From positions 32,080 through 96,079 of the forward strand of contig CAVTLG010000003.1 of assembly GCA_963735495.1 (NCBI GenBank): a stretch of DNA of 64,000 nt, written 5' to 3'. The DNA comes from an uncultured Chloroflexia bacterium. GTDB lineage: Bacteria > Chloroflexota > Ktedonobacteria > Ktedonobacterales > Ktedonobacteraceae. The number at the start of each line of letters is the position of its first letter. The first letter of the stretch is position 1. Made by a program: the position numbers and the translations under genes. A model generated the notes under the pieces. It was not told the DNA's origin, searched no databases, and saw only the letters and a list, made by a program, of their open reading frames with translations. Positions 49,217 through 59,035 of this stretch are shown piece after piece.

Positions 49217-50032
49217 GTGACCAATAGCCGGTCAACTCAGCAGCCAGGACCACCAGATCGTCCTTTCATTAGCGAAAAAGGTACACTTGCCTGCGTTATT
49301 TGCCAGGCAGTTTATACGCCTGCTCCAGCACACGCTTATCTCTTAAAAGCGCCTGCTATCGCCTTCGAGTCAGCGTTTATGAGCATGTGTCATTTCTGTT
49401 TCCGCTGCCGACGTCCCGCCTGTCCGAGCTGCTGGGATGACGTGCACGCCGTCTGTGGTATGTGTACGCTTGAAGCACATCTGCCCTTCCGGGCTGAAGC
49501 TGATCCTTTACACGGAGTGCTCTTCTCACCGCTACGCCAGGAGCAAACCAGGCGCATACATGCTGAACCAGCACGTTTTATCTGCGTACGCCCCGGTCGC
49601 TTCCAGCGCACAGGATCGCTCGTAGCTCCTCTTGAGGTGGCAACGACGCTCCCTATCCCTGTCACCCCCAAAAAACAGCCCGCTCCCCAGATGAATCCCC
49701 CTGCTGTGGATAAGCCCCTATCACCATCACCCGCCGTTACACCAGTCCAGACTCCCGCGCCAGAGCGACTGGTGGATATCGATAAGATTGTCACACGGCC
49801 CGCACACGATGAAATAAAGACGCGCCCTGAACGTCATCCATCCAGTGCCGCGTCTAAGATCGAAATCATCTTCACCAATATCTTATTGTTTTGCCTGCTT
49901 TTTATCTTACTGGCGATCTTCTCCGCTGAATTCTCCTCAGGAGTAAATGCGTTTATTGCCAATCTCCTGCATATTGACATTCGCCTGGAAATCGCCTACC
50001 TCTGGCAACTTATCAGCCAGCTCCATCTTTAG
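49217..50032 (+). CDS. Cys-rich (zinc-ribbon-like) protein with a Pro-rich linker and a C-terminal TM anchor
   Basis: GTG at 49217 follows a GGGAGG. Motifs are CVICQ...CHFCFRCRRPACPSCW...CGMC. The TM helix is ILLFCLLFILLAIF. Confidence 0.45.
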   Translation: MTNSRSTQQPGPPDRPFISEKGTLACVICQAVYTPAPAHAYLLKAPAIAFESAFMSMCHFCFRCRRPACPSCWDDVHAVCGMCTLEAHLPFRAEADPLHGVLFSPLRQEQTRRIHAEPARFICVRPGRFQRTGSLVAPLEVATTLPIPVTPKKQPAPQMNPPAVDKPLSPSPAVTPVQTPAPERLVDIDKIVTRPAHDEIKTRPERHPSSAASKIEIIFTNILLFCLLFILLAIFSAEFSSGVNAFIANLLHIDIRLEIAYLWQLISQLHL

Positions 50033-50355
50033 TTTCCTGTTGTGCACATCATGCAGGCCTGGTTCCGATGACACTGACAAATGTGCCCAGAGCGCAGAAG
50101 TTGGGCCTGCTTGCCAGAATGCTCAGACATTGGTAAGCTGTGCATAGTACTTCAGGACTCTTTGAGGAAAACAGAGGAGCTATGGTCACATTTTCCACAG
50201 GTGAATACGTGAGAGTCACAGAAGGCGAAATTTGCAGTACAATAGCACTGGGTACAGGATGCTCTGCTGATGTTGAAGACACTCTCTGCAAGACTGCTTG
50301 CACGCAGAACAGTCCTGCCCCTGTACTTACAATCAACACAAGAAGGGATTAGCAT

Positions 50356-51405
50356 ATGCAACTTGGTTTAGTTGGACTTGGCCGCATGGGCGCAAATATG
50401 GCGAAGCGGCTGCTACGTGCAGGTCATACCTGCGTCGGTTACGCCCGACATGAAGAAACAGTGCAAGCACGCATCCAGGATGGTTCGATCAGTAGCGGAG
50501 CAACCTCGCTGGCCGATCTTGTCCATCAGCTTGATGCGCCACGTGTTATCTGGCTCATGGTGCCAGCGGCCTCCGTCGATGCAACATTGGAACAACTCAT
50601 TCCGTTGGTCTCACCCAATGATGTGATTATCGATGGTGGCAACTCTTACTATCATGATGATATTCGGCGTGCGGATACGCTCAAAAAGTTTAACATCCAT
50701 TATCTTGACGTTGGTACCAGTGGCGGTGTCTGGGGACTGGAGCGCGGCTACTGTCAGATGATCGGCGGCGAGACGGAGATTGTCCAGCGTCTCGACCCCA
50801 TCTTCTCAACACTGGCTCCCGGCATTGACGCGGCTCCGCGCACACCTGGACGCGAGCAAATCGGCGGCACAGCTGAACAGGGCTACCTCCACTGTGGTCC
50901 TCATGGGGCCGGTCATTTCGTCAAAATGGTGCACAACGGCATCGAATATGGCATCATGGCCGCCTACGCCGAGGGACTTAACATCCTGCACCACGCGAAC
51001 ATTGGCCAGCAACAGCAGACCGTCGATGCCGAGACGGCTCCCCTGGGCGATCCACGCTACTATCAGTACGATCTCAACCTCACCGACGTCACGGAACTCT
51101 GGCGACGTGGCAGTGTCATCGGTTCATGGCTACTGGATCTGACAGCCAGCGCCATGCTCAAGAGTCCAGAACTCGACAATTTCCAGGGCCGCGTGTCCGA
51201 CTCCGGGGAAGGTCGCTGGACCATCAGTGCAGCTATCGACGAAGGTGTTCCCGCACATGTGTTGACGGCGGCTCTCTACGAACGTTTCAGCTCACGCGGC
51301 AATGCTGATTTCGGCAATAAGATCATGTCAGCCATGCGCTTCGAGTTCGGTGGTCATCTGGAAACCAATGAAACAGCCAGGGCGAAGACAAAAGTCGAAG
51401 GCTAA
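50356..51405 (+). CDS. gnd: 6-phosphogluconate dehydrogenase, decarboxylating (short GntZ/YqeC-like form)
   Basis: Motifs are MQLGLVGLGRMGANMAKRL, GHFVKMVHNGIEYG and WRRGSVI.SWLL. Confidence 0.85.
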   Translation: MQLGLVGLGRMGANMAKRLLRAGHTCVGYARHEETVQARIQDGSISSGATSLADLVHQLDAPRVIWLMVPAASVDATLEQLIPLVSPNDVIIDGGNSYYHDDIRRADTLKKFNIHYLDVGTSGGVWGLERGYCQMIGGETEIVQRLDPIFSTLAPGIDAAPRTPGREQIGGTAEQGYLHCGPHGAGHFVKMVHNGIEYGIMAAYAEGLNILHHANIGQQQQTVDAETAPLGDPRYYQYDLNLTDVTELWRRGSVIGSWLLDLTASAMLKSPELDNFQGRVSDSGEGRWTISAAIDEGVPAHVLTAALYERFSSRGNADFGNKIMSAMRFEFGGHLETNETARAKTKVEG

Positions 51406-51435
51406 CCCATCCGCTTCTCTGCGGCTAAAAAATAT

Positions 51436-51897
51436 GGCTCTCCGTCCATAGGGGAAACGAGGTAGGGGCGAACTTAAGAATGGATCAGTTTAGAGTATGA
51501 TGTGTCAGATGCAAAAAGGGAAATACCGGGAAGGTTGCCACCTTTCCAGGCTCCGCGCCCACGAGGACAACGGGGTAGGGGCGTCACCTTCCTCCTTTCC
51601 GACACATGAGCCGAAGGCTAGCGGCGAGAGCCGCGTTTCCTCCGCTCCGTCAGATGAGCGAAGCTAGAAGCGACAGCTTCGTTTCTGACGGTCTTAGAGG
51701 TTGTGTCGGTCTAAGAGGCAGCGTGCGCCCTGGGCCTCACGAGAGCCACCCCTTGATCTCTGAATACCCACCGGGGGCGGTCGCCAGGACACGCCCCTAC
51801 CCGTTTGCCGATGACTCTCAGCAGTTCCTAAGTTAGCGCCTATAGGTGACGCCCCTACCCAATTTCCCGACGCAATTCTGCCGGGATAGGTGATCTC
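51436..51897. repeat. Composite locus of nested MITE/REP-like elements
   Basis: The outer copy runs from GGCTCTCCGTCC...GGTAGGGGCG (51436-51470) to GGTGACGCCCCTACCC (51845-51860). Its core is split by about 370 nt of inserted sequence that contains a second copy spanning about 51570-51810. That second copy is itself split at 51589-51720 by a 132-nt palindrome-ended insert. Confidence 0.7.
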
Positions 51898-52065
51898 GTA
51901 CGCTAAAATTATCGTATATAAGCAGAGGTAATACGTTTTTAGTCAATTAGTATAGAAGGAGTTGTTTATCATGATAGTAGACATCAGCCAATGGAACGAT
52001 GCGAGTGTGGAACGCAGCCCATCTCGACAGCGAACCAGACAGCATGGTCCGCTGACAGAGACGAG

Positions 52066-52611
52066 ATGGAGCTTATGGGGTTTGAGATTTTAGTTGACGG
52101 CTACAATGTAATTAAAAATAATATGATGTTTCAGATGGTGGAGATGAAAAGCCTCGCCGAGGCCCGCATGCTCCTCGTCCGCCAATTAAAGAACCGTTAT
52201 CGCCAGACAACACATCGTGTGATTGTTGTTTTCGATGGCAATGACCGCCAGGAACAGGTCAGCCACGATGAGCATATCCGCATTATTTACTCACGCTATG
52301 GGGAAACAGCCGATAGTGTTATTGCGCGCCTGGCTGGCGAGGCACAGCGCAATGGGCAACAAGTCATGCTCTATAGCGATGACGTAGAGGTGAAAGAGAA
52401 CGTGGTGGAACGTGGTGGTCAGACTCAAACGACACGCACCCTGACAGCCCATCTCAATGAGGCTCCCCGTGATATCGCGCTGCGCTCACAGCATCGCCAG
52501 GCCATGCGTCGCGCCTATGGCATCGATCCTGCCTATAAACCTGATGATGAGCTAGAGCCTCACCACCAGGCTCACAAGAAAAAGAAAAAATCACCGAAAC
52601 GCTATAGATAG
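52066..52611 (+). CDS. NYN-domain protein, YacP/Rae1-like
   Basis: Motifs are ILVDGYNVIKN, VIVVFDG, ETADSVI and LYSDDVEV. It has a basic C-terminal tail. The start is uncertain (52066 or 52075). Confidence 0.7.
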   Translation: MELMGFEILVDGYNVIKNNMMFQMVEMKSLAEARMLLVRQLKNRYRQTTHRVIVVFDGNDRQEQVSHDEHIRIIYSRYGETADSVIARLAGEAQRNGQQVMLYSDDVEVKENVVERGGQTQTTRTLTAHLNEAPRDIALRSQHRQAMRRAYGIDPAYKPDDELEPHHQAHKKKKKSPKRYR

Positions 52612-52646
52612 ACATACATCAATGTATCACCAGGGAATCCCATGGG

Positions 52647-53426
52647 CTACTTCCGCACGCCTGAGGTTACTTCACTTACTGCTTCAGGCTGCTTGTCTGG
52701 CAATGGTAGTGCGCTATCGCTAGCTTGTGGCTTGCTAAAACGGGCACGCAATACAAAGGTAAAAGCCTCGGTCACAATCTTGCTTGACATCTTCGATGCG
52801 CCGACGCGCCTGTCCATAAAGACAATGGGGATCTCAACTATTTTATAGTGCTGTTTCATGACACGATAGGCTAGCTCCACCTGGAAGGCATAGCCCTGTG
52901 ACTGCACACTATCCAGATCGATATGTTCCAGTACTTCACGCCGGTAGCAGCGATAGCCTGCCGTACAGTCATGCACGGGGATACCCAGCATGATGCGAGC
53001 AAAGATATTTCCACATCCACTGATGAGGCGACGGGCCAACGTCCAGTTCGGTGTCGAGCCGCCCGGGATATACCTTGAGCCGATCACCAGGTCTGCCTGC
53101 TCAATGGCCTGTAAGAAGTCTGGCAAATAGCGTGGATCATGTGAGAAGTCGGCGTCCATTTCGAAGGCCGCGTCATAGCCATGCTCGATAGCATACTTGA
53201 AGCCCGCCACATATGCTGTTCCCAGGCCTAATTTGCCAGCGCGGTGCATAACGTGAATACGCGGATCATCTGCGCGCATTTGTTCAGCAAGTTGCCCTGT
53301 ACCATCGGGAGAATTGTCATCGACAATTAAAACATCAGTAGCAGCCGCATTGGCAAAGACCGCAGTCATGAGTGGACCGAGATTCTCATATTCATTATAG
53401 GTTGGAATAATAATTAACGTCTTCAT
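52647..53426 (-). CDS. Polyprenol-phosphate mannosyltransferase (GT2, Ppm1/DPM1-like)
   Basis: Motifs are IIIPTYNEYENL, VDDNSPDGT and EMDADFSHDP. ATG at 53426 has an AGGAGA upstream. Confidence 0.85.
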   Translation of the reverse strand: MKTLIIIPTYNEYENLGPLMTAVFANAAATDVLIVDDNSPDGTGQLAEQMRADDPRIHVMHRAGKLGLGTAYVAGFKYAIEHGYDAAFEMDADFSHDPRYLPDFLQAIEQADLVIGSRYIPGGSTPNWTLARRLISGCGNIFARIMLGIPVHDCTAGYRCYRREVLEHIDLDSVQSQGYAFQVELAYRVMKQHYKIVEIPIVFMDRRVGASKMSSKIVTEAFTFVLRARFSKPQASDSALPLPDKQPEAVSEVTSGVRK

Positions 53427-53588
53427 AACAAAGTTTCTCCTGTATTCGCTGATACTGACGCAGGGATTAACCTCGTCAGGCATCATCACAGCTCTCCTGT
53501 GACAGTCCTCATGCCTTGAGGATGAAGGAGGAAATACCGCTCCATGAGGAACCGTTACCTTCCATTTACACAAATGTACGTCTCCATG

Positions 53589-54581
53589 CTACGTTGGAAG
53601 CAGATACAGAACTGTGATAATCAGGACTGTACATATCAAAACGGTTCCCAATATATGGTAGTCACGCAATAGGACTTCTTCGGGACTCCCGCCTTCCATT
53701 CGCATATAGACCAGATATAAATAACGGAATATGCCATACAAAACAAATGGCACCGTCACAAATAAGCGATGATCCCCCGTGGTTGACTCAATGGTATACA
53801 AGCTGTATGCCATGATGATACCTGTCACAACGATGGTTATCATCTGATCCAGCAGAGGAATACTATATTCTTTGAGTATCTGGCGATGGCTGCCTGCTTC
53901 CCCATGCAACAACACGAGTTCTTGACGCCGCTTGCTGAGTGCCAGGAAGAGCGAGAGGAAACACGTGACCAGGAAGAGCCATGGCGAAATAGCCACCGGC
54001 ACAGCGACTGCGCCTGCCATGATCCGTAGCATAAAACCTAGCGCAATACAAAAGACATCGATCAGCACAACATGCTTGAGATAGACGCTATAAAGCGCCA
54101 TCAAGAGCAAGTAGGACGCGATGCTGAGCGCAAAGAGTATATTTGCACCACCAGATGCGACATACACATCTTGCAAAGTGATGGGGAGCTTGAAAATGCA
54201 GAGCGTCAATGCTCCACAGACGATGAGTAGCAACCCTATCATGGCGATAGCCCAGGAGATTGGTAAACTCCCGGAAGCCAATGGACGCCAGCGTTTCGTT
54301 GGATGTTGACGATCCCGCTCTACATCCAGCAGATCGTTAAACAGATAAATACTACTGGACGCCAGGCAAAATACGAGAAAAGCGAGCGCCGTTCTCTCCA
54401 GAGGGACACGCTCGAAAAGTTTTTGTGCAAATACCAGGCCAATAAATACAACGAAGTTCTTTGTCCATTGCCGAGGACGTAGTGCCACCAGTAGCGCACG
54501 CAGACGACTCGCCGTGCTCGCAAATGTAGCAGTCGTGTCATCCGCTCCTACGTTGGCAGGACCCTGTTCCTCCTCTGTCAT
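53589..54581 (-). CDS. UbiA-family decaprenyl-phosphate phosphoribosyltransferase-like protein
   Basis: Motifs are LRPRQWTKN and NDLLDVERDRQHPTKRWRPLASG. It is a polytopic membrane protein. Confidence 0.75.
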   Translation of the reverse strand: MTEEEQGPANVGADDTTATFASTASRLRALLVALRPRQWTKNFVVFIGLVFAQKLFERVPLERTALAFLVFCLASSSIYLFNDLLDVERDRQHPTKRWRPLASGSLPISWAIAMIGLLLIVCGALTLCIFKLPITLQDVYVASGGANILFALSIASYLLLMALYSVYLKHVVLIDVFCIALGFMLRIMAGAVAVPVAISPWLFLVTCFLSLFLALSKRRQELVLLHGEAGSHRQILKEYSIPLLDQMITIVVTGIIMAYSLYTIESTTGDHRLFVTVPFVLYGIFRYLYLVYMRMEGGSPEEVLLRDYHILGTVLICTVLIITVLYLLPT

Positions 54582-54730
54582 CGCTTACTTCTTTACTATA
54601 CTTCCTTATTCTAAGAATGCATATTCCCTCTGGCGTGTACTGCACAGACGCGCAGCTACACACCCAACGTAATTGGAACGTACCGCAATTCAAGCAGGTA
54701 ACAATACTTACCCCAAACCCAATACTATTG

Positions 54731-55427
54731 CTAGTATATGCGTTTCTTTAAATCAGCTACACTTTTCAGTGTAATCCTATGTTTATCGGTACTGATATAG
54801 TCTTTCTCTGTAAAATATCCCAGCACCTTATTCACGCTCTCACGCGATGCCCCAACCATTGAGGCAATTTCTTGCTGCGTCAGCCGCAGATCGATGCGCA
54901 GACCATCGCCCACTTTGATGCCGTGGCTCTCAGCCAGATCCAGCAGTTTCTTGGCTACACGCCCATAGACATCCAGGAAGATCAAGTCCTCCACCTGCTG
55001 ATCCGTATTACGCAACCGCTCACAGAGCACTTCCATCACACGAATAGCAATCTGCGGATTTTTCATAATGGCACGATGAAAATCGCTGCGCTGCAAGCTG
55101 TAGCATTCAACCTTTTTCGAGCGTAATCGCGTCAGCGGAGCGCGGCAAATTATCGAGCAGCGCTAACTCACCAAAGCACTCGCCTTTGCTAAATACAACC
55201 AGTGCGATTTCTTGCCCATCGGGGCTGCTACGACAGATTTTTACTTTGCCTTCTTTGATCACATACAAGACCTGCCCCGGATCATCCTGGTGAAAGATGA
55301 CCTCACCTGCGCGGAACGTGCGCCTTTTTACCACGGCTGCCAGCGCGTCTATCTCTTCATTACTCAGGCCATTGAAGATGTGTACCTGTTTGAGGTAACT
55401 GACTTCTTTCTCAGCCTCCATCGTCAT
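54731..55427 (-). pseudogene. Crp/Fnr-family transcriptional regulator interrupted by a frameshift in an A5 (plus-strand T5) run
   Basis: The cNMP-binding half is ORF 55107..55505, and the HTH half is ORF 54731..55096. Removing one base from the run at 55113-55117 gives the continuous reading ...DAITLEKVECYSLQRSDFHRAI... Confidence 0.7.
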
Positions 55428-55642
55428 TTCCTTTATGTCTCGGGTTACAATTGAAAAGGGCGAAATACTCCCGCAAAGCCATACTATCATAACCATCCCA
55501 CACATGCAATTCTACCTATTGTTTATGGGCAATCTCCCTCCTCACACATGCGCAAATACACAGGACTTTTCAGGTGAAAAGGCCCTGTTTCTGCTTGCAC
55601 ACAAACCATGCTAGCGTTATAGTTCCAAGAAAAGCAAACATT

Positions 55643-56911
55643 CTATTGACCGCTTGCCTTCTGGCTTCGTGAGGGGAACGACAACCTCACTGGATGGACT
55701 ACCGGCTTGTGGCCTTTCCCATCCTCTACCCCCTCCGACCCGAAGGCATCAGGGGCTACTTTTCTGATAATGTTGCCTGAACCATTGCAATCGGCATTCA
55801 TGAGCGTGCCATCTGCTGCACGATACAATCCACGCTTCATGCGCTTGCCGCTAAACTTTGGTTTCTCTGTCTGATTGGGATCATAGACCGGCATCTCATC
55901 ACGATCAAGGAAACTGGCTTTGCTCGTGTAGGACTCTTCGGTGATCTTGACCGTAATGCCTGCTCGTTCCGCTTTGTACGTCAGCATGGAAATGAACCGA
56001 GCATGAGGGATAGCAACGAAATTTTGATTGGTGCGCTTGCCCATGTTGGCTTCCTGCTTCCATCCATCATTCTTGCCAATCACGAGCGTCCCAATCCCAT
56101 GAGCTACCAGATCATCGACTATCCATCTGGATGTCGTGTGCAGGTAATGCTCTATCCGCCGATTGCGTTTGTTCGTCAGACGCTCCATACGCGCAGTACG
56201 GCCTGGATGACCGAGCTTGCTCTGTAACGCTGCTTTACGCTTGTTGTAAAATTGGTTCACCGATTTTATCGGACGCCCGTTAACCAGAACCGGTACGAAA
56301 CCGGGAAGGTTTGAAGTTAGCGCCACCAGATTATCCAGGCCAATATCTATGCCAGCGTAATAGTCAGGGTTGACCGCACTCTTTGGCTGTTCGTGTTCAT
56401 AGACCACTTCGATCACGTAGAACCCGTTACGCGGTACAATCCGCACTTGATCGATGTCCTTGTACCTCGTGTGCACCGAGATCGCGAGCATGGAGGGTTG
56501 AATACATCCTTGCTTCAACCCTCTCTTGCTGATCGCCTGGATGGTGTAGACCAGCAGGTTCCGCCCTTCCGTTTTCTGTTTGTACCTGGGCAACCTGGGC
56601 CGTCCCAAGAACATGGAGGGGTCTTTGTTGTAGGCAGCACGTGCTTTGAAGAAGCTTTCCCAATCGTGGGCAAGCTGCATCAACACCTGCTGACTGACCT
56701 TTGCCGGAAGCGCCTTGTACGCCTCGTGCGATTGCATGCGCCGTTGCACCTCGTTGTAGGTGAGGTACGTTCCATCAGCAAAGAAGGCTTGACGTACCTC
56801 GTAGTTTCCCGCATTGTACAAATTCTTCGACTTGAAAGCCGCTTGATCGATCACGGCATAGCGTGGATCACTCCGGCTGATCACATGCTGCTCTACCAGC
56901 TTCATTCGCAC
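55643..56911 (-). mobile_element. tnpB: IS200/IS605-family (IS1341-type) TnpB RNA-guided nuclease gene with no adjacent tnpA
   Basis: RuvC-like motifs are GIDIGLDNL, EESYTSK and NADCNGSGNI. The OrfB N-terminus is typical (VEQHVI...LYNAGNY). Confidence 0.85.
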
Positions 56912-56986
56912 TGCCCCTCTCGGTTCATCTGCAAACGTAAGGCTCGTAGCGCATTCCGGTCTCTACAGGGAAGCATGCGACACCCC

Positions 56987-57313
56987 TCACAGAAGGACAC
57001 CCTCGCGCTCTTCTTCGTCCCGTTGCTCATCCACTGGCACGACATGCACCTCACAGACAGGACGATCACAGCCATAACAGGTCACGGGTGTCAGGATATT
57101 ACAGAACCCGAGAGTCCCGTCCAGGAGCATAACAAGCTGCATACAATGCAACAACTCTTCTCGTTCCTCAGAAGCCAGCAGCGAACGAAATTCCGGCAAG
57201 AGTAGTACAATGTCTCTGTGTGTCAGGGAAACACCCACCAACGGGTGGAATGATTGGTGGATGCTCTGCTCGATTGATATCCCTGCCCCGTAATGCGCGG
57301 GTTGTTCACTCAT
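56987..57313 (-). CDS. Hypothetical protein (108 aa)
   Basis: A GAAAGGAAA lies upstream of the ATG at 57313. It is the last gene of a co-directional cluster. Confidence 0.45.
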   Translation of the reverse strand: MSEQPAHYGAGISIEQSIHQSFHPLVGVSLTHRDIVLLLPEFRSLLASEEREELLHCMQLVMLLDGTLGFCNILTPVTCYGCDRPVCEVHVVPVDEQRDEEEREGVLL

Positions 57314-57332
57314 GATCGATTTTCCTTTCTCA

Positions 57333-58691
57333 CTAGACATCCTGCAGGAGCAGTAGATGAATCTGATTGAGATCAGTTGGCAGGCGCTCGGTGTGCGTAG
57401 TCGTAATCGAGACACTTTGCACGCCTGGTGCCCCAAGCAGTCGTTGCGTGGCCTGTGCTTTGCTCTGCCCGGCAATCAAGGCCGCCAAGTGCTGAAGCTG
57501 GCTCGGCTGAAACTGATACATCCATTGGCCTGTGGCTTTGACCACAAACGCAATAGTACCCGCTGATTGTTGGGTGGTGCTCACGTGCATCGTGCTTGCC
57601 TGGACGTCCCCTACCTGGCTATAGCCTGCTCCCAATTGCCGGGTTGCCTGGCTGATCACAAACTGCGTCACGAGCGCGTGATAGTCGTTGGCGTTGTACA
57701 CTTCTCCGGTGCACGTCTCGCTCTCCGTCACACGAACCTGAGCAGCCTCTGCTCCTGGCTCGTGGTCAGCCGTCACGGTTGGTTGACATGGCAGCGGCGT
57801 GATGAGCGTCTCGTTGGCCCGGACCTGCGTTTGCAGTGCCGCCTGGATACTCTGATCGATGCTTGTGGTGAGAGTGGAGGCGGCACTGGTGATATCCTGC
57901 TGCGTTGCCGTCTGATAGGTGCGTGCAGCCTGTCCCCCGCTAAAGGCGTGACTGACCGCTGAGATATTGAGGCGGCAACAGGATCCGTAGATATCTCCTG
58001 CGTGGATGTTGCCCTGGGGTCCTGCCACGACCGCGTGGGCGCTGACCGTTGCCTGCCCAAACGTGGGATAGCTGGCAGCCGGGATAATCGCGTCCTGCTC
58101 CGTCACCACCTGTACCCCGTCTGCTCCTGTGAGCAAGGTCCCTGCTGGGATCGTCTGTGCACCGGTCGCGGCGTTGTAAAACGTGATCACACCCTGAGCG
58201 GCATGTGCATCCTGATGCGCAGTTCCAGTGGTGGGGACGGTTTGCGCCTGGCTCATGGTGATGGAAGAGAGGCGTCTGCCTGCTATCTGATCGTGCTGCG
58301 CGCTCGGGGGAGCGGTGACAACGATGATGGTCCCGGTGCTGCTGATCGTCTTTGTGATAGGGACCAGGGTCACGGTGGCCGATGGTGCCCACGAGGGCAG
58401 TAACGCAACGACCACCGTGATCCCTGCGATAAGCAAGCAGCAGGCAAGAAACACGACAGGTAATACCAACCCCCGTCTCCAGGGTTGTCGTGGTGGTGGG
58501 GCTGCCTCATCCTGGCTGGCCTCTTCGTCCTGCGTGTCATCCGGTAGGATCGTACTCTCCACGCCTGGCAGTTCGGTTTCTGCTGCGGGAAGATCATAAA
58601 TGTGCACGTCAATCAAACGGGTGGGTGGTCCTTCTGGCACTGGCGTACCTGTCTGGGTGAGTATTTCGTCGGTATGACGGATAGAGCTCAT
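57333..58691 (-). CDS. Single-pass membrane protein with a large T/A/Q-rich extracytoplasmic domain, hypothetical
   Basis: An AAGGAGGA lies upstream of the ATG at 58691. The TM helix is LVLPVVFLACCLLIAGITVVVALL. The motif GVITFYNAATGAQTIPAGTLL is present. Confidence 0.55.
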   Translation of the reverse strand: MSSIRHTDEILTQTGTPVPEGPPTRLIDVHIYDLPAAETELPGVESTILPDDTQDEEASQDEAAPPPRQPWRRGLVLPVVFLACCLLIAGITVVVALLPSWAPSATVTLVPITKTISSTGTIIVVTAPPSAQHDQIAGRRLSSITMSQAQTVPTTGTAHQDAHAAQGVITFYNAATGAQTIPAGTLLTGADGVQVVTEQDAIIPAASYPTFGQATVSAHAVVAGPQGNIHAGDIYGSCCRLNISAVSHAFSGGQAARTYQTATQQDITSAASTLTTSIDQSIQAALQTQVRANETLITPLPCQPTVTADHEPGAEAAQVRVTESETCTGEVYNANDYHALVTQFVISQATRQLGAGYSQVGDVQASTMHVSTTQQSAGTIAFVVKATGQWMYQFQPSQLQHLAALIAGQSKAQATQRLLGAPGVQSVSITTTHTERLPTDLNQIHLLLLQDV

Positions 58692-58761
58692 GGTTCGTGT
58701 CCTCCTTTTCACGGAACAAAAGGGAAGAGAGGATAGGTATCACCTCTCTTCCCAGGTAAGG

Positions 58762-59022
58762 TTACGATGATGACGCAGGTCCCGCTTGAGGACCAGGGGC
58801 ATCATAGATCAGGTAATCGAGCATATCGGTATCCTGTTTGAGTTTGGCGGCAAAGCGTGCAGGGATGGGTTTGCTCCACTCCAGGAGGACAAAGCCGTCT
58901 CTCGCCTTTGCCGTGACGCCGTACAGCTTGACAGCGAGTCCTTCGTCCTTCCAGTCTGCGAACTCGTCAACGATCTTCTCAAGCTCTCGCTTGTTACAGG
59001 TGACAAGCATCATACTTGGCAT
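58762..59022 (-). CDS. Hypothetical protein (86 aa)
   Basis: A GGAGGGGG lies just upstream of the ATG. Confidence 0.5.
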   Translation of the reverse strand: MPSMMLVTCNKRELEKIVDEFADWKDEGLAVKLYGVTAKARDGFVLLEWSKPIPARFAAKLKQDTDMLDYLIYDAPGPQAGPASSS

Positions 59023-59035
59023 TATTCCCCCTCCG

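Noticed and set aside
51606-51836. A 76-aa ORF inside the nested repeat cluster
   Set aside because: It lies entirely within palindromic repeat DNA, has no RBS, and has a repeat-derived low-complexity translation.
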